Assembly: GCA_964620365.1 (NCBI GenBank)
Contig: CAZUIH010000001.1
Location: 20,279-84,278 of the forward strand
Reading direction: 5' to 3'
DNA: 64,000 bases
DNA from: an uncultured Desulfobacterales bacterium
Lineage (GTDB): Bacteria; Desulfobacterota; Dissulfuribacteria; Dissulfuribacterales; S140-46
Under the pieces are notes generated by a model. That model saw nothing but the letters and a program-made list of their open reading frames with translations, was not told where the DNA came from and ran no database searches. Of the stretch, positions 48,374 to 57,037 are shown piece by piece. Made by a program: the position numbers and the translations under genes. Every line of letters begins with the position of its first letter. Position 1 is the stretch's first letter.

Positions 48374-49729
48374 CTAGTTCTTATTTTTTAAAGTAGACTG
48401 CCCTGTAGACTCAAGAACGCTTAACCAGAAACGACTATTCAGGTTTATCTGCTTTCTCTTCCTTATCGCAGATAATATTGGCACATGGACATATCGATCA
48501 TTCCAAAGGCTCACCATCATACCTGTTTTTCCCGCCATTGCCGCATGGACAGCATTTTGCCCAAGATTGGCGCAATACAGGCTGTCATCTACATTGGCAG
48601 GGACACTCCTTATGATATAGCTTGGATCTATATATCTTATAAAGACCTCCATGCCTATCTTCTTGAAATAATGCTGAAAACTCTCTTTGAGATATTGTCC
48701 TATATCGCCCAGTTTTATGTTTCCAGAGGGATCGCGTTCCATTTTGCTTCCTCTTACATAACGCTGTCCGGCTCCCTCGGCTGCAATAATCACCGCATGC
48801 CCCCTTGCTTTCAACCTGCGTTCCAAGGATTTTAGCAGGCCATACTCACCTTCCATGTCAAAATCACTTTCAGGGATAAGGCAAAAATTGACTTCGCGCC
48901 GGGCATTGGCTGCAGCAGCAGCAATAAATCCAGAATGGCGCCCCATCACCTTTACAAGTCCTATACAATTGGGAGCACCTATCGCCTCGGTGTGGGCGGA
49001 TGCTATTGCCTGACAAGCCATCTCCACCGCCGTATCAAAGCCAAAGGTCTTGGACACCAGATAAATATCATTGTCAATGGTCTTGGGAATCGCTATTACT
49101 GATATTTTCAGCCCACGCCTTTTAATCTCATCGCATATCTTCGCCCCTGCCCGAAAGGTTCCGTCACCACCTATAATAAACAAGACGGAAACATTCATGC
49201 GTTCCAGAGAATCCACGATTGCTCCGATGGGTTGAGGTCCTCGAGAAGAACCTAGTATGGTGCCTCCATACTCATGAATCCTTTCTACGCTCTGGGGTGT
49301 GAGTTCCATGACAGGAAGTCCATATTCGGGCACAAACCCCCTGAGGCCATACCTAATACCATAGGCAAAGGGTACCCCATAACCAAAATAGAGAGTGAGT
49401 ACTATCGCCCTTATCACATTGTTTATACCTGGACACAGCCCTCCACACGTAACAATAGCGGCCTTTACCTTGGTGGGGTCAAAGTATATGTACTCCCTTG
49501 GACCAGCCATTTCAAAAGACAAGGGCTCCCTTCCTTGCTCCAATGCCGCCTTTATTACTTCAAGAGAGACCCGGACTAGAATCTGGTCCGAATCATTAAT
49601 GAAACAAGTGTAGCCTTGACCTCGGAGCGGAGAAAGTATATTTGGTTCCCCTAAATTTTCGATATTTGTTTCAAAAACTTCATCAAGTTCGATTTCATCT
49701 ATTGCATAACAATTTCGGTCACGTCCCAT
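48374..49729 (-). CDS. 6-phosphofructokinase (long PFK-A family form; phosphoryl donor not assignable from sequence)
   Basis: CGGLCPGINN, IIGGDGT, IPKTIDNDI and MGRHSGFIA. 451 aa. Confidence 0.9.
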   Translation of the reverse strand: MGRDRNCYAIDEIELDEVFETNIENLGEPNILSPLRGQGYTCFINDSDQILVRVSLEVIKAALEQGREPLSFEMAGPREYIYFDPTKVKAAIVTCGGLCPGINNVIRAIVLTLYFGYGVPFAYGIRYGLRGFVPEYGLPVMELTPQSVERIHEYGGTILGSSRGPQPIGAIVDSLERMNVSVLFIIGGDGTFRAGAKICDEIKRRGLKISVIAIPKTIDNDIYLVSKTFGFDTAVEMACQAIASAHTEAIGAPNCIGLVKVMGRHSGFIAAAAANARREVNFCLIPESDFDMEGEYGLLKSLERRLKARGHAVIIAAEGAGQRYVRGSKMERDPSGNIKLGDIGQYLKESFQHYFKKIGMEVFIRYIDPSYIIRSVPANVDDSLYCANLGQNAVHAAMAGKTGMMVSLWNDRYVHVPILSAIRKRKQINLNSRFWLSVLESTGQSTLKNKN

Positions 49730-49921
49730 ACCAACTCCTTTCGGCAGGATTTATGAGAAAAACTGTAACGGTTTTTTCGAACCTGTGTCAATCTATCATC
49801 AAGACCATACAATAGATTCTTTGAGATATTCGGCTAAGGTGGCCTGTACCATGCGCGAAGGACAACCGAACAAAGATCCAGGACCCAACTGTCTCAAAAC
49901 ATATCTTTATCAAAAAGATTT

Positions 49922-50074
49922 TCAAAGACCATTTTTCTCTCCCTGCCTTACCTTTAAAAAAAGGTCTTGCCAGGCCAGCCTTTCCAAACCAGAAAAGATT
50001 CTTGTCGATAGCTCCTTATTAAGCTTAAGCGACTGGCTTTTTTTCTCACTATCTGCTACTATTTTTGTCGTCAT
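49922..50074 (-). CDS. Possible small ORF (50 aa) in the pfk-upstream spacer
   Basis: Hand translation MTTKIVADSEKKSQSLKLNKELSTRIFSGLERLAWQDLFLKVRQGEKNGL*, preceded by AGGAGA 7 nt upstream of the ATG. I recognise no homology. Confidence 0.15.
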   Translation of the reverse strand: MTTKIVADSEKKSQSLKLNKELSTRIFSGLERLAWQDLFLKVRQGEKNGL

Positions 50075-50582
50075 TTGGGTGTCTCCTAGCTTTTCGAGTT
50101 GGGAGAAAATTTGCCTCAGAAGGAGACATTTTTCAAAAAATCAGCTAGTTATTTTAGCCTAGCGCCGAAAGCTCAGCCATATCAACAATCGAAAACACAT
50201 TACCTATATTCTTATACCTGTATATGGCATGAAAAAGTGGCTTGGTCCAGTGACCATGCTTCACTTGCACCTGTCAAAGACAGGCTAAAAGTTATATTGT
50301 CATTAGGCAAAAATCATCTTTGACAAACTTGATCGCCAGACTCAACCCAAAACACACAAGGCCATAGGAATCCGATTTTTCACATGTGGCTTGAGTAGTT
50401 ATGATATGACTGTGGCAACAGCATCCTTTATTAAACTCAATACGCACCGTGTTCATGACACGTCCAACTGAAAGATGTGGATAGTAGTATAATGTTTCAG
50501 GCAAAAGAGACTGCTTTTCAGGGGAGTAAGGAATATTTCCTTTCTAATATTATATCTAAAAAAATGGGTCCAATATGGGCTT

Positions 50583-50598
50583 TGGTATGCTGATAGCA
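50583..50598 (+). promoter_or_regulatory. Sigma-54-type (-24/-12) promoter candidate
   Basis: TGGTATGCTGATAGCA against the consensus TGGCAC-N5-TTGCA. GG and GC have the correct 10-nt separation. About 50 nt upstream of the 50648 ATG. Overlaps the inverted repeat CTGATA-N8-TATCAG. Confidence 0.25.
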
Positions 50599-50647
50599 AT
50601 CGATATCAGATAAAAACAAGAACAAATCTTCTAATAGGAGATGAGGA

Positions 50648-51085
50648 ATGAAACTTCGTCAAAATGCTAAAGAACTTGTTCTCGTAGAAATAGATGGATT
50701 GGGCCTTCTGCTTGGGCAAATCCGGTATAATCGTCAGACAGAAACGGCTATTTTTGCCTTGGAAAAGGCAGCCTTTTTTGATCTTTACTTCCCGTGCACA
50801 GTTGTTTATGACCAACAGAAGGGTCCAGTAGTGCATCCCCACATCCTTGCCGCTTTGACCAACTCTTCCATTAGGGTCCAGAGGAGCCGGGTGTCATGTT
50901 TTATCATGGAACAGGATCTGAACTTGAATCTAATTGAACAGTATAACAGATTGGTAGAGGCAGTAATGGCCCAACACGGCATAGGTCTTGCCCAGGAGAA
51001 ACCTTCAGATGAGGATCCCAGTGGGCCCAAGCCCGGAGGAGGAAAACGTGTAATCCCCCTCTCCGGCAGAAAGGACAAGAGCTAG
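50648..51085 (+). CDS. Hypothetical protein (145 aa)
   Basis: ATG preceded by AGGAGATGAGG. Lies 6 nt upstream of lgt. I recognise no family. The C-terminal tail is Pro/Gly/Lys-rich. Confidence 0.6.
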   Translation: MKLRQNAKELVLVEIDGLGLLLGQIRYNRQTETAIFALEKAAFFDLYFPCTVVYDQQKGPVVHPHILAALTNSSIRVQRSRVSCFIMEQDLNLNLIEQYNRLVEAVMAQHGIGLAQEKPSDEDPSGPKPGGGKRVIPLSGRKDKS

Positions 51086-51091
51086 ACAAAA

Positions 51092-51922
51092 ATGCTCCCT
51101 TACCCCGCCATAGATCCAGTAATAGTCAGGATAGGCCCTTTGGCCTTGAGGTGGTATGGACTCATGTACCTTTTGGGATTTGCGGCGTCGTATTTCCTGG
51201 TGCGGCTACAAATTCTCGAAAATTGTCAAAAAAGGCAAAAAGCTCTGTCGAAAGAGGTCATGAGCCAGCTCGACTTCCTGGATAGTCTTATGATCGTCCT
51301 GGTAACAGGAGTTATAATAGGGGGCAGACTGGGATATGTTCTCTTTTACAACCTGACCTATTTTATTCATAATCCTTCCGAAATTTTTGCCACTTGGCAT
51401 GGCGGGATGTCATTTCACGGTGGGCTTGCAGGGGCCGTAGCCGCGGGCCTTATCTACTGCCAGCTGAGAAAAGAGCCTTTTCTCATGTGGGCGGACCGTT
51501 TCATAGTCACAGCTCCCATAGGCTTAGGGCTTGGCAGGTTGGGCAATTTCATAAATGGCGAACTGTTTGGTCGTCCTACTGATGTACCATGGGCAATGAT
51601 ATTTCCCCATGGCGGATTTGTTCCGCGGCACCCGTCTCAAATTTATGAGGCTTTTTTAGAGGGGATCGTACTTTTCTTGATACTGTGGCCACTAAGAAAG
51701 AAAAAATGGCCTCATGGGAAAAAACTAGCTCTTTTTTTGATATGTTATGGAATATTTCGTATTTTTGTTGAATTTTTCAGGGAACCAGACCCACAACTTG
51801 GTTTTATTCTGTTTGGCTGGATCACCATGGGGCAGATCCTGAGTTTTGCGCTGTCCGCACTTGGACTAGTCCTTTGGTGGATTTTGAGCCTGGACAGTGC
51901 AACCAAGTCCGTCTCCAAGTAG
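51092..51922 (+). CDS. lgt: Prolipoprotein diacylglyceryl transferase
   Basis: RWYGLMYLLGF, HGGLAG, GRLGNFINGELFGRPT and HPSQIYE. Confidence 0.95.
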   Translation: MLPYPAIDPVIVRIGPLALRWYGLMYLLGFAASYFLVRLQILENCQKRQKALSKEVMSQLDFLDSLMIVLVTGVIIGGRLGYVLFYNLTYFIHNPSEIFATWHGGMSFHGGLAGAVAAGLIYCQLRKEPFLMWADRFIVTAPIGLGLGRLGNFINGELFGRPTDVPWAMIFPHGGFVPRHPSQIYEAFLEGIVLFLILWPLRKKKWPHGKKLALFLICYGIFRIFVEFFREPDPQLGFILFGWITMGQILSFALSALGLVLWWILSLDSATKSVSK

Positions 51923-52831
51923 TGACAAGTTCCTGTACATAAGATCTATAAAACTCTTTCCTTCTGAAATTTCCTCTTTTGAAAGATTGGCCCCTGTGCT
52001 GATAACAGCTATGGAAGCCCCTGTTTCCAAGGCCAGCGTCTGGGCGATCCGATCACTGACACTCCTTTCAAAAAAAATAGTGTTTATGTTGTTCTCCCTT
52101 ATGATACTTATTAAATGAGCCATTTTTTGGGCTGTCGGTCTGGAATCAGGACTGATTCCGTAAAGGGATATCTGGGTCAACCCGTAAGCCCTTGCCAAAT
52201 ACCCAAAGGCGCTGTGCCCTCCAACTATAAAAATTTTTGTTCTGCAGTGGGAAAAGGTCCTCTTGTAGGCATCATCCAGTTCTTCCAGCTCACGAATGTA
52301 TTTCTCCCCGGCCTTTTTAAAAATGGGGCCCTTCTCAGGCTCAAGCTTGGATAAGGCCTCTACTATACGTTGAACAACAGTTTTGTCCCAGGAAAAATCA
52401 AGCCATACATGCGGATCGACATCGCTATACCCGTGGTGATGATGGGCATGATAATGCTTTTCTTGAGATGGCAAATGATCAGTATGCATAAGATGTGCGC
52501 CTGCGCAGGCCTCTATCAAAACTTTGTTTTTGTTGTCCAGAACCCCCATTACATCTGACGCCCAGGGTTCGAGTTCCTTTCCCACCATCAATATGATGTC
52601 AACTTTTTCAAGTAATGCAATGTCACTGGGCTTGGGCTCCCATGAGTGGGGGGTGGCCCCGGGAGGCAGCAGAAGAGTTACATCGACTTCATCGCCTCCC
52701 ACATTCCTTGCCATGTCAGCCAGAGGAAAGATAGTAGCTGCAACCCTTATTTTTGCACCTGCACTCACGGGTTGTATGAATAAGACGAGACAGCTGGATA
52801 AAAAGTAGATAAAAAAGAGAAATCGTTTCAT
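51866..52831 (-). CDS. Metal (Zn/Mn) ABC-transporter substrate-binding protein, ZnuA/TroA family, with His-rich loop
   Basis: Signal peptide, ATIFPLADM, HSWEP, a His-rich insert HYHAHHHHGYSDVDPHVWLD, and FIVGGHSAFGYLA. Confidence 0.9.
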   Translation of the reverse strand: MKRFLFFIYFLSSCLVLFIQPVSAGAKIRVAATIFPLADMARNVGGDEVDVTLLLPPGATPHSWEPKPSDIALLEKVDIILMVGKELEPWASDVMGVLDNKNKVLIEACAGAHLMHTDHLPSQEKHYHAHHHHGYSDVDPHVWLDFSWDKTVVQRIVEALSKLEPEKGPIFKKAGEKYIRELEELDDAYKRTFSHCRTKIFIVGGHSAFGYLARAYGLTQISLYGISPDSRPTAQKMAHLISIIRENNINTIFFERSVSDRIAQTLALETGASIAVISTGANLSKEEISEGKSFIDLMYRNLSLLGDGLGCTVQAQNPPKD

Positions 52832-53772
52832 GTTTCCTGCCTTTCCCTACGATCGATAAGATAGTTGCTACCAGGAAGTTTTTTTACTTGTTTCTTCAAC
52901 TGGGCCGCCACTGAAGCGACTTCACCATAGTGTTTGTACTTACCCTTTGGGCATGGCACAATGGCTATTGAAAGGCTTGTGAGCGGAAAAGTTTGTTTTT
53001 GACCTTGGCGATCGATACTGAGAAAACATCCGGCTTCAAGATCAGCTTCATCAAGGAAAAGCGGAATAAGTGAATTAAAGTTGGTTAATATTTTTTCACA
53101 GACCTGCTTGACAAGTTCAAGGGGTACCGCAAACACAAAGTCGTCACCACCCACATGACCTACAAACTCTCTGGAACCAGCTTCTTCCTGTATTACGTTT
53201 ACCAATATGCGGGCCACCATACGAATTACCTCATCTCCTCTGGCAAACCCGTATCTATCATTATATGGCTTGAAATTGTCTATGTCTACATATCCAATGG
53301 CTCTGTCTTTCTGGGAGTCCAAGATATTTTGTATGGTTTTAAGAATTGACGAATTTCCTGGGAGTTTTGTCAAGGGATTATTGTCAGCCACCCGGAGTAC
53401 TCTTGCCAGTGCCAGGGTCACCCTGGCGATGACTTCCTCAACCCCGGCCTTGTCCGATAAAAGATCATCAACTGGATACTCATCCCAGTCTATGCCTGCT
53501 GAAAACTCATTCCCGGAAATGACTAGAAATATTGGAAGAAGTGCAAGCTGAAGATTATTTTTTAGGGCCTGGATAACGTCCTTGTCAAGATTGTTGGGCA
53601 AACCTTTTTGAATAATGAGCAGGTCTGGAGGATCATTTAAAAGCGCCTCCAATGCCTTGGAAAGATCATTGCTTGTGATTACATGGAGGCCTTTTGCTTC
53701 AAGACAAAGACGTTCTTCTGAACTAGAGAGAAAATCAGGTGCAACAAGGGTTATCCTGGCCTCTTGTTTCAT
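52828..53772 (-). CDS. GGDEF-domain protein (GGDDF variant) with N-terminal receiver-like domain lacking the phospho-acceptor Asp
   Basis: VDIDNFKPYNDRYGFARGD and GHVGGDDFVF. The N-terminal REC-like fold has LLIIQKGLP where the acceptor D is expected. I chose the internal ATG (MKQEARI) so the gene does not overlap the HDOD gene. Confidence 0.85.
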   Translation of the reverse strand: MKQEARITLVAPDFLSSSEERLCLEAKGLHVITSNDLSKALEALLNDPPDLLIIQKGLPNNLDKDVIQALKNNLQLALLPIFLVISGNEFSAGIDWDEYPVDDLLSDKAGVEEVIARVTLALARVLRVADNNPLTKLPGNSSILKTIQNILDSQKDRAIGYVDIDNFKPYNDRYGFARGDEVIRMVARILVNVIQEEAGSREFVGHVGGDDFVFAVPLELVKQVCEKILTNFNSLIPLFLDEADLEAGCFLSIDRQGQKQTFPLTSLSIAIVPCPKGKYKHYGEVASVAAQLKKQVKKLPGSNYLIDRRERQET

Positions 53773-53776
53773 TTGC

Positions 53777-54643
53777 TCAATCTTCTCGCACCTGGTGGAT
53801 CTCCATGGTGAAATCCTGCAGATCCACCAACTTTTCATCCAGCTCCCTTAATATGTCTTTTCCTTCTGTTTTACCAAATTTTATCCTGGACCAGGCCCTG
53901 TGATCCAGAGGAGGCACCCAGGGATCTCCACCATCTCCAAATCCGATTGCCCTAATGATTATGTCAGACACATGTATTATGGCAGCCAGGTCTTTGAATT
54001 CAGGGGCCTTTTCAGGAACATGATGAAAGGTTATCGGTTCAACCAAGCGGTTTGGAAGATTCCATTCAGTTGCAAGCCATCCCCCCACCTCTGCATGTGC
54101 TATACCCAATCTCAGCTCTTCAGCCTCCCGCATGGACACCTGCTTTTCCGCAACAATTTTTTGTATCTGGTTATATTCTTCAGGCATTTCAGCCCGTATG
54201 ACAATTTTGCCGAGATCATGAATGAGTCCTGCGGTAGATATCTCCTCTGGATTTTTAATACCTCTTCTTCTCGCAAGAATTCCGGCCGCAGTTGCACATC
54301 CCAAGGAATGTTCCCAAAGTCCGACGTCAGAGGATTGCATTACCTCGAATATGGAAGATGTTACGATCAATGTTTTTACTACATTAAATCCCAGCAGGAC
54401 CAGGGCATTGGAAACAGTGCTGATCCTCTGGGGAAAACCAAAAAATGATGAGTTCACCATTTTGAGCAACTTACTTGTGAGAACCTGATCTTTTTCAATA
54501 ATAGAGCCTAGCTGAACGGCGGTTACATTTTCATCCTCCACCATTCGATTAAGCTTGGACACGATCGGCGGCAGTGTCGGGAGGGATTGAACATTCTTGA
54601 GACGCTGCCTGATTTCTTCTTTTTGAGGACTAGTATCTTCCAT
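53777..54643 (-). CDS. HDOD domain protein (paralogue of 39379..40227)
   Basis: LPTLPPIVSKL, DQVLTSKLLKMVNSSFFG, ALVLLGFNVVKTL, GLIHDLGKIV and HAEVGGWL. Confidence 0.9.
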   Translation of the reverse strand: MEDTSPQKEEIRQRLKNVQSLPTLPPIVSKLNRMVEDENVTAVQLGSIIEKDQVLTSKLLKMVNSSFFGFPQRISTVSNALVLLGFNVVKTLIVTSSIFEVMQSSDVGLWEHSLGCATAAGILARRRGIKNPEEISTAGLIHDLGKIVIRAEMPEEYNQIQKIVAEKQVSMREAEELRLGIAHAEVGGWLATEWNLPNRLVEPITFHHVPEKAPEFKDLAAIIHVSDIIIRAIGFGDGGDPWVPPLDHRAWSRIKFGKTEGKDILRELDEKLVDLQDFTMEIHQVRED

Positions 54644-54665
54644 CGTTTACATAGGGTCTGTTAGC

Positions 54666-54998
54666 TCAACGCTGTTCCTGTGCCGTAGCTTGGCTCTTTT
54701 CCTCTTCGATCCAATGTTCTGCAATGAGTTTCATGAGCGCTTTCAGTACAGGATCATCTTTGACCCGTGAAAAGCGTGCATCCAGTTCCTTTATCTTTTC
54801 CGAGAGATTCTTTTCTCCCGGCAGCTTTACTGGTCTTCCCTCAACGGTTATTGCCGCTATCCCCATTCTGGAAAACCTGTCAATAAGCTCCTGCCCGATA
54901 CTGGTGCCAGCCCCACACAATATCTTGCCGTCCTCTGTCTGAACATCCTTGGCCAACTTCATGCCAGGCCTAGCCAGTTTCAAGGGGATCCGCTGCAT
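54666..54998 (-). CDS. Hypothetical small protein (110 aa)
   Basis: ORF between gatA and the HDOD gene. The N-terminal pattern LARPGMKLAKDV..DGKILCGAGTSIGQELIDRFSRMGIAAITVEG resembles modules found N-terminal to HD-GYP-type signalling proteins. That comparison is from memory and not verified. Confidence 0.6.
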   Translation of the reverse strand: MQRIPLKLARPGMKLAKDVQTEDGKILCGAGTSIGQELIDRFSRMGIAAITVEGRPVKLPGEKNLSEKIKELDARFSRVKDDPVLKALMKLIAEHWIEEEKSQATAQEQR

Positions 54999-55013
54999 AT
55001 CAAAAAGCTCCTT

Positions 55014-56477
55014 TTACGAAAACGGCCAATTCCCCAGATTCCCGCGCATTTTTTCGAAATTATAGGCCACGGTTAAAAGTTTTTCTTCCTGAAAATGGCC
55101 GCTTATCAATTGCAACCCTATGGGAAGCCCGCTTTTGCTCAAGGCACATGGGACAGAAATCCCTGGAAGTCCAGCAAGATTTACTGGAATAGTAAATATA
55201 TCAGAAAGATACATCTGCAATGGATCATCAGTCTTTTCCCCTATACGAAAAGCAGGAGTAGGAGCAACCGGCCCTAGAATTACATCGCACTGCTCAAAGG
55301 CCTTTATAAAATCCCTGGTTATCAGGGTCCGGACTTGGGACGCTTTTTTGTAATAGGCATCATAGTAACCAGCTGAAAGTGCATATGTACCTATCATTAT
55401 ACGCCTTTTCACTTCAGGCCCAAATCCAGCTGACCTGGTTTTTTTGTACATATCAATTAGATTTTCATATTCCTCAGCCCTGAACCCATACTTCACCCCA
55501 TCATAACGCGACAGGTTTGAACTTGCTTCTGCGGGGGCTATGATATAATAGGTGGCAACTGCATATTTTGAGTAGGGAAGGGTTACCTCTACTATCTCTG
55601 CACCATTTTCCTCCAAAATAGATATGGCCTTTTTTACAGCCAGTTCAACCTCTTCTGACAGGCCTTTGACAAAATATTCCCTTGGAACCCCTATTTTGAT
55701 ACCTTTTACCCCCTCTGTTAAAGCGGCTTCATAATCAGGGACCTCCTTGTTTACAGACGTGGAGTCCTTTGGATCATGACCCGCAATATGCTTGAGCATT
55801 ATTGCACAATCCCTTACATCCTTGGTGAGGGGACCTATCTGATCAAGGGAGGAAGCAAAGGCTACAAGACCAAACCTGGAGACCCTGCCATAGGTAGGCT
55901 TTAAGCCTACAACACCACAGTGGGAAGCTGGCTGCCTAATGGAACCACCGGTATCCGAGCCAAGGGATCCGGCACACGTAAGAGAGGCTACCGATGCGGC
56001 CGAACCTCCACTGGACCCTCCTGGAATGTGATTGAGATCCCATGGATTATAAGTGGGATGGAAGGCGGAATTCTCTGTGGATGACCCCATGGCAAATTCA
56101 TCCATATTGAGTTTTCCAAGGGTGATTGCCCCGCTTGCTTCAAGCTTTTCCATGACAGTGGCGCTATAAGGGGGAACAAAATTTTCGAGCATTTTCGATG
56201 CACAGGTAGTAGTGATACCTTCAGTGCAGATTACGTCCTTGATTCCTAACGGGATGCCGGTAAGAGGCGTCACGTTCTCTCCTGTTTTGAGGCTCTCATC
56301 CGCCTTTTCCGCCTGTTCTAAAGCAAGTTCGGGAATAACTTTCAGATAAGCCCTTACTTTGGCATCAACCTGTTCGATCTTTTCGATATATGCCTTGGTA
56401 ACCTCGACAGCAGATACCTTCCGCTCCTTCAGCAGTTCATGGGTTTCATGTATTGTAAGCTCGGTGAGATCGCTCAT
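55014..56477 (-). CDS. gatA: Glutamyl-tRNA(Gln)/aspartyl-tRNA(Asn) amidotransferase subunit A
   Basis: Amidase signature [12 protein letters not shown] and [12 protein letters not shown]. 487 aa. Confidence 0.97.
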   Translation of the reverse strand: MSDLTELTIHETHELLKERKVSAVEVTKAYIEKIEQVDAKVRAYLKVIPELALEQAEKADESLKTGENVTPLTGIPLGIKDVICTEGITTTCASKMLENFVPPYSATVMEKLEASGAITLGKLNMDEFAMGSSTENSAFHPTYNPWDLNHIPGGSSGGSAASVASLTCAGSLGSDTGGSIRQPASHCGVVGLKPTYGRVSRFGLVAFASSLDQIGPLTKDVRDCAIMLKHIAGHDPKDSTSVNKEVPDYEAALTEGVKGIKIGVPREYFVKGLSEEVELAVKKAISILEENGAEIVEVTLPYSKYAVATYYIIAPAEASSNLSRYDGVKYGFRAEEYENLIDMYKKTRSAGFGPEVKRRIMIGTYALSAGYYDAYYKKASQVRTLITRDFIKAFEQCDVILGPVAPTPAFRIGEKTDDPLQMYLSDIFTIPVNLAGLPGISVPCALSKSGLPIGLQLISGHFQEEKLLTVAYNFEKMRGNLGNWPFS

Positions 56478-56492
56478 TACTCATCTCCTGCC

Positions 56493-56777
56493 TTATATAA
56501 TACGTGGGACAGTAAAGGCCCCGTCTTCTGTCTCAGGACCGTTTTCGAGGGATTTTTCAACACCGAGGGATTCAGCAACTCTGTCTTCCCGAAATGCATT
56601 AACTAATTGAAGGGCATGTGTGGTTGGCTCAACCCCGGATGTATCCACTCCCTGGAGTTCATCCACGTAAGCAAGTATGTCATTTAACTGTTTGGAGTAA
56701 TTTCGTATTTCTTCTTCTGAAAGATGAAGCCTTGCCAGATGTGCTACATGTTCTATCTCCGAAGCGGTAATCTTCAC
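56493..56777 (-). CDS. gatC: Glutamyl-tRNA(Gln)/aspartyl-tRNA(Asn) amidotransferase subunit C
   Basis: EIEHVAHLARLHLSEEE and LNDILAYVDELQGVDT. Directly upstream of gatA. Confidence 0.93.
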   Translation of the reverse strand: MKITASEIEHVAHLARLHLSEEEIRNYSKQLNDILAYVDELQGVDTSGVEPTTHALQLVNAFREDRVAESLGVEKSLENGPETEDGAFTVPRII

Positions 56778-57037
56778 CTTGAGACCTCCATTGATGCTGT
56801 AAAATGTCTAGAAAATCCCTCTTAGAAATTCTTATAATAGGCTATAAACTTTCTACCACAAAGGATTGAAAAACCCAATAGTCTTGATTTACCGTGAGAC
56901 GTTTATTGTAGGACCAATACGTTAGGGAAACCTAAATATTCTCATTAAATAGACGTGAATGATATCAGAAGGTCAAACTAGTCAAAATAAATTGTTCAGT
57001 CAAAGATAACCTCTAAAGAAACATCCTGCATAAGACC

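Noticed and set aside
50292-50504. Cys-rich 70-aa ORF (contains GCCCHSH), considered as a possible RiPP or metal-binding peptide precursor.
   Set aside because: It has a TTG start and no RBS, and the internal ATG has only a weak GGACG. No modification, transport or immunity genes are nearby. Composition is otherwise unremarkable.
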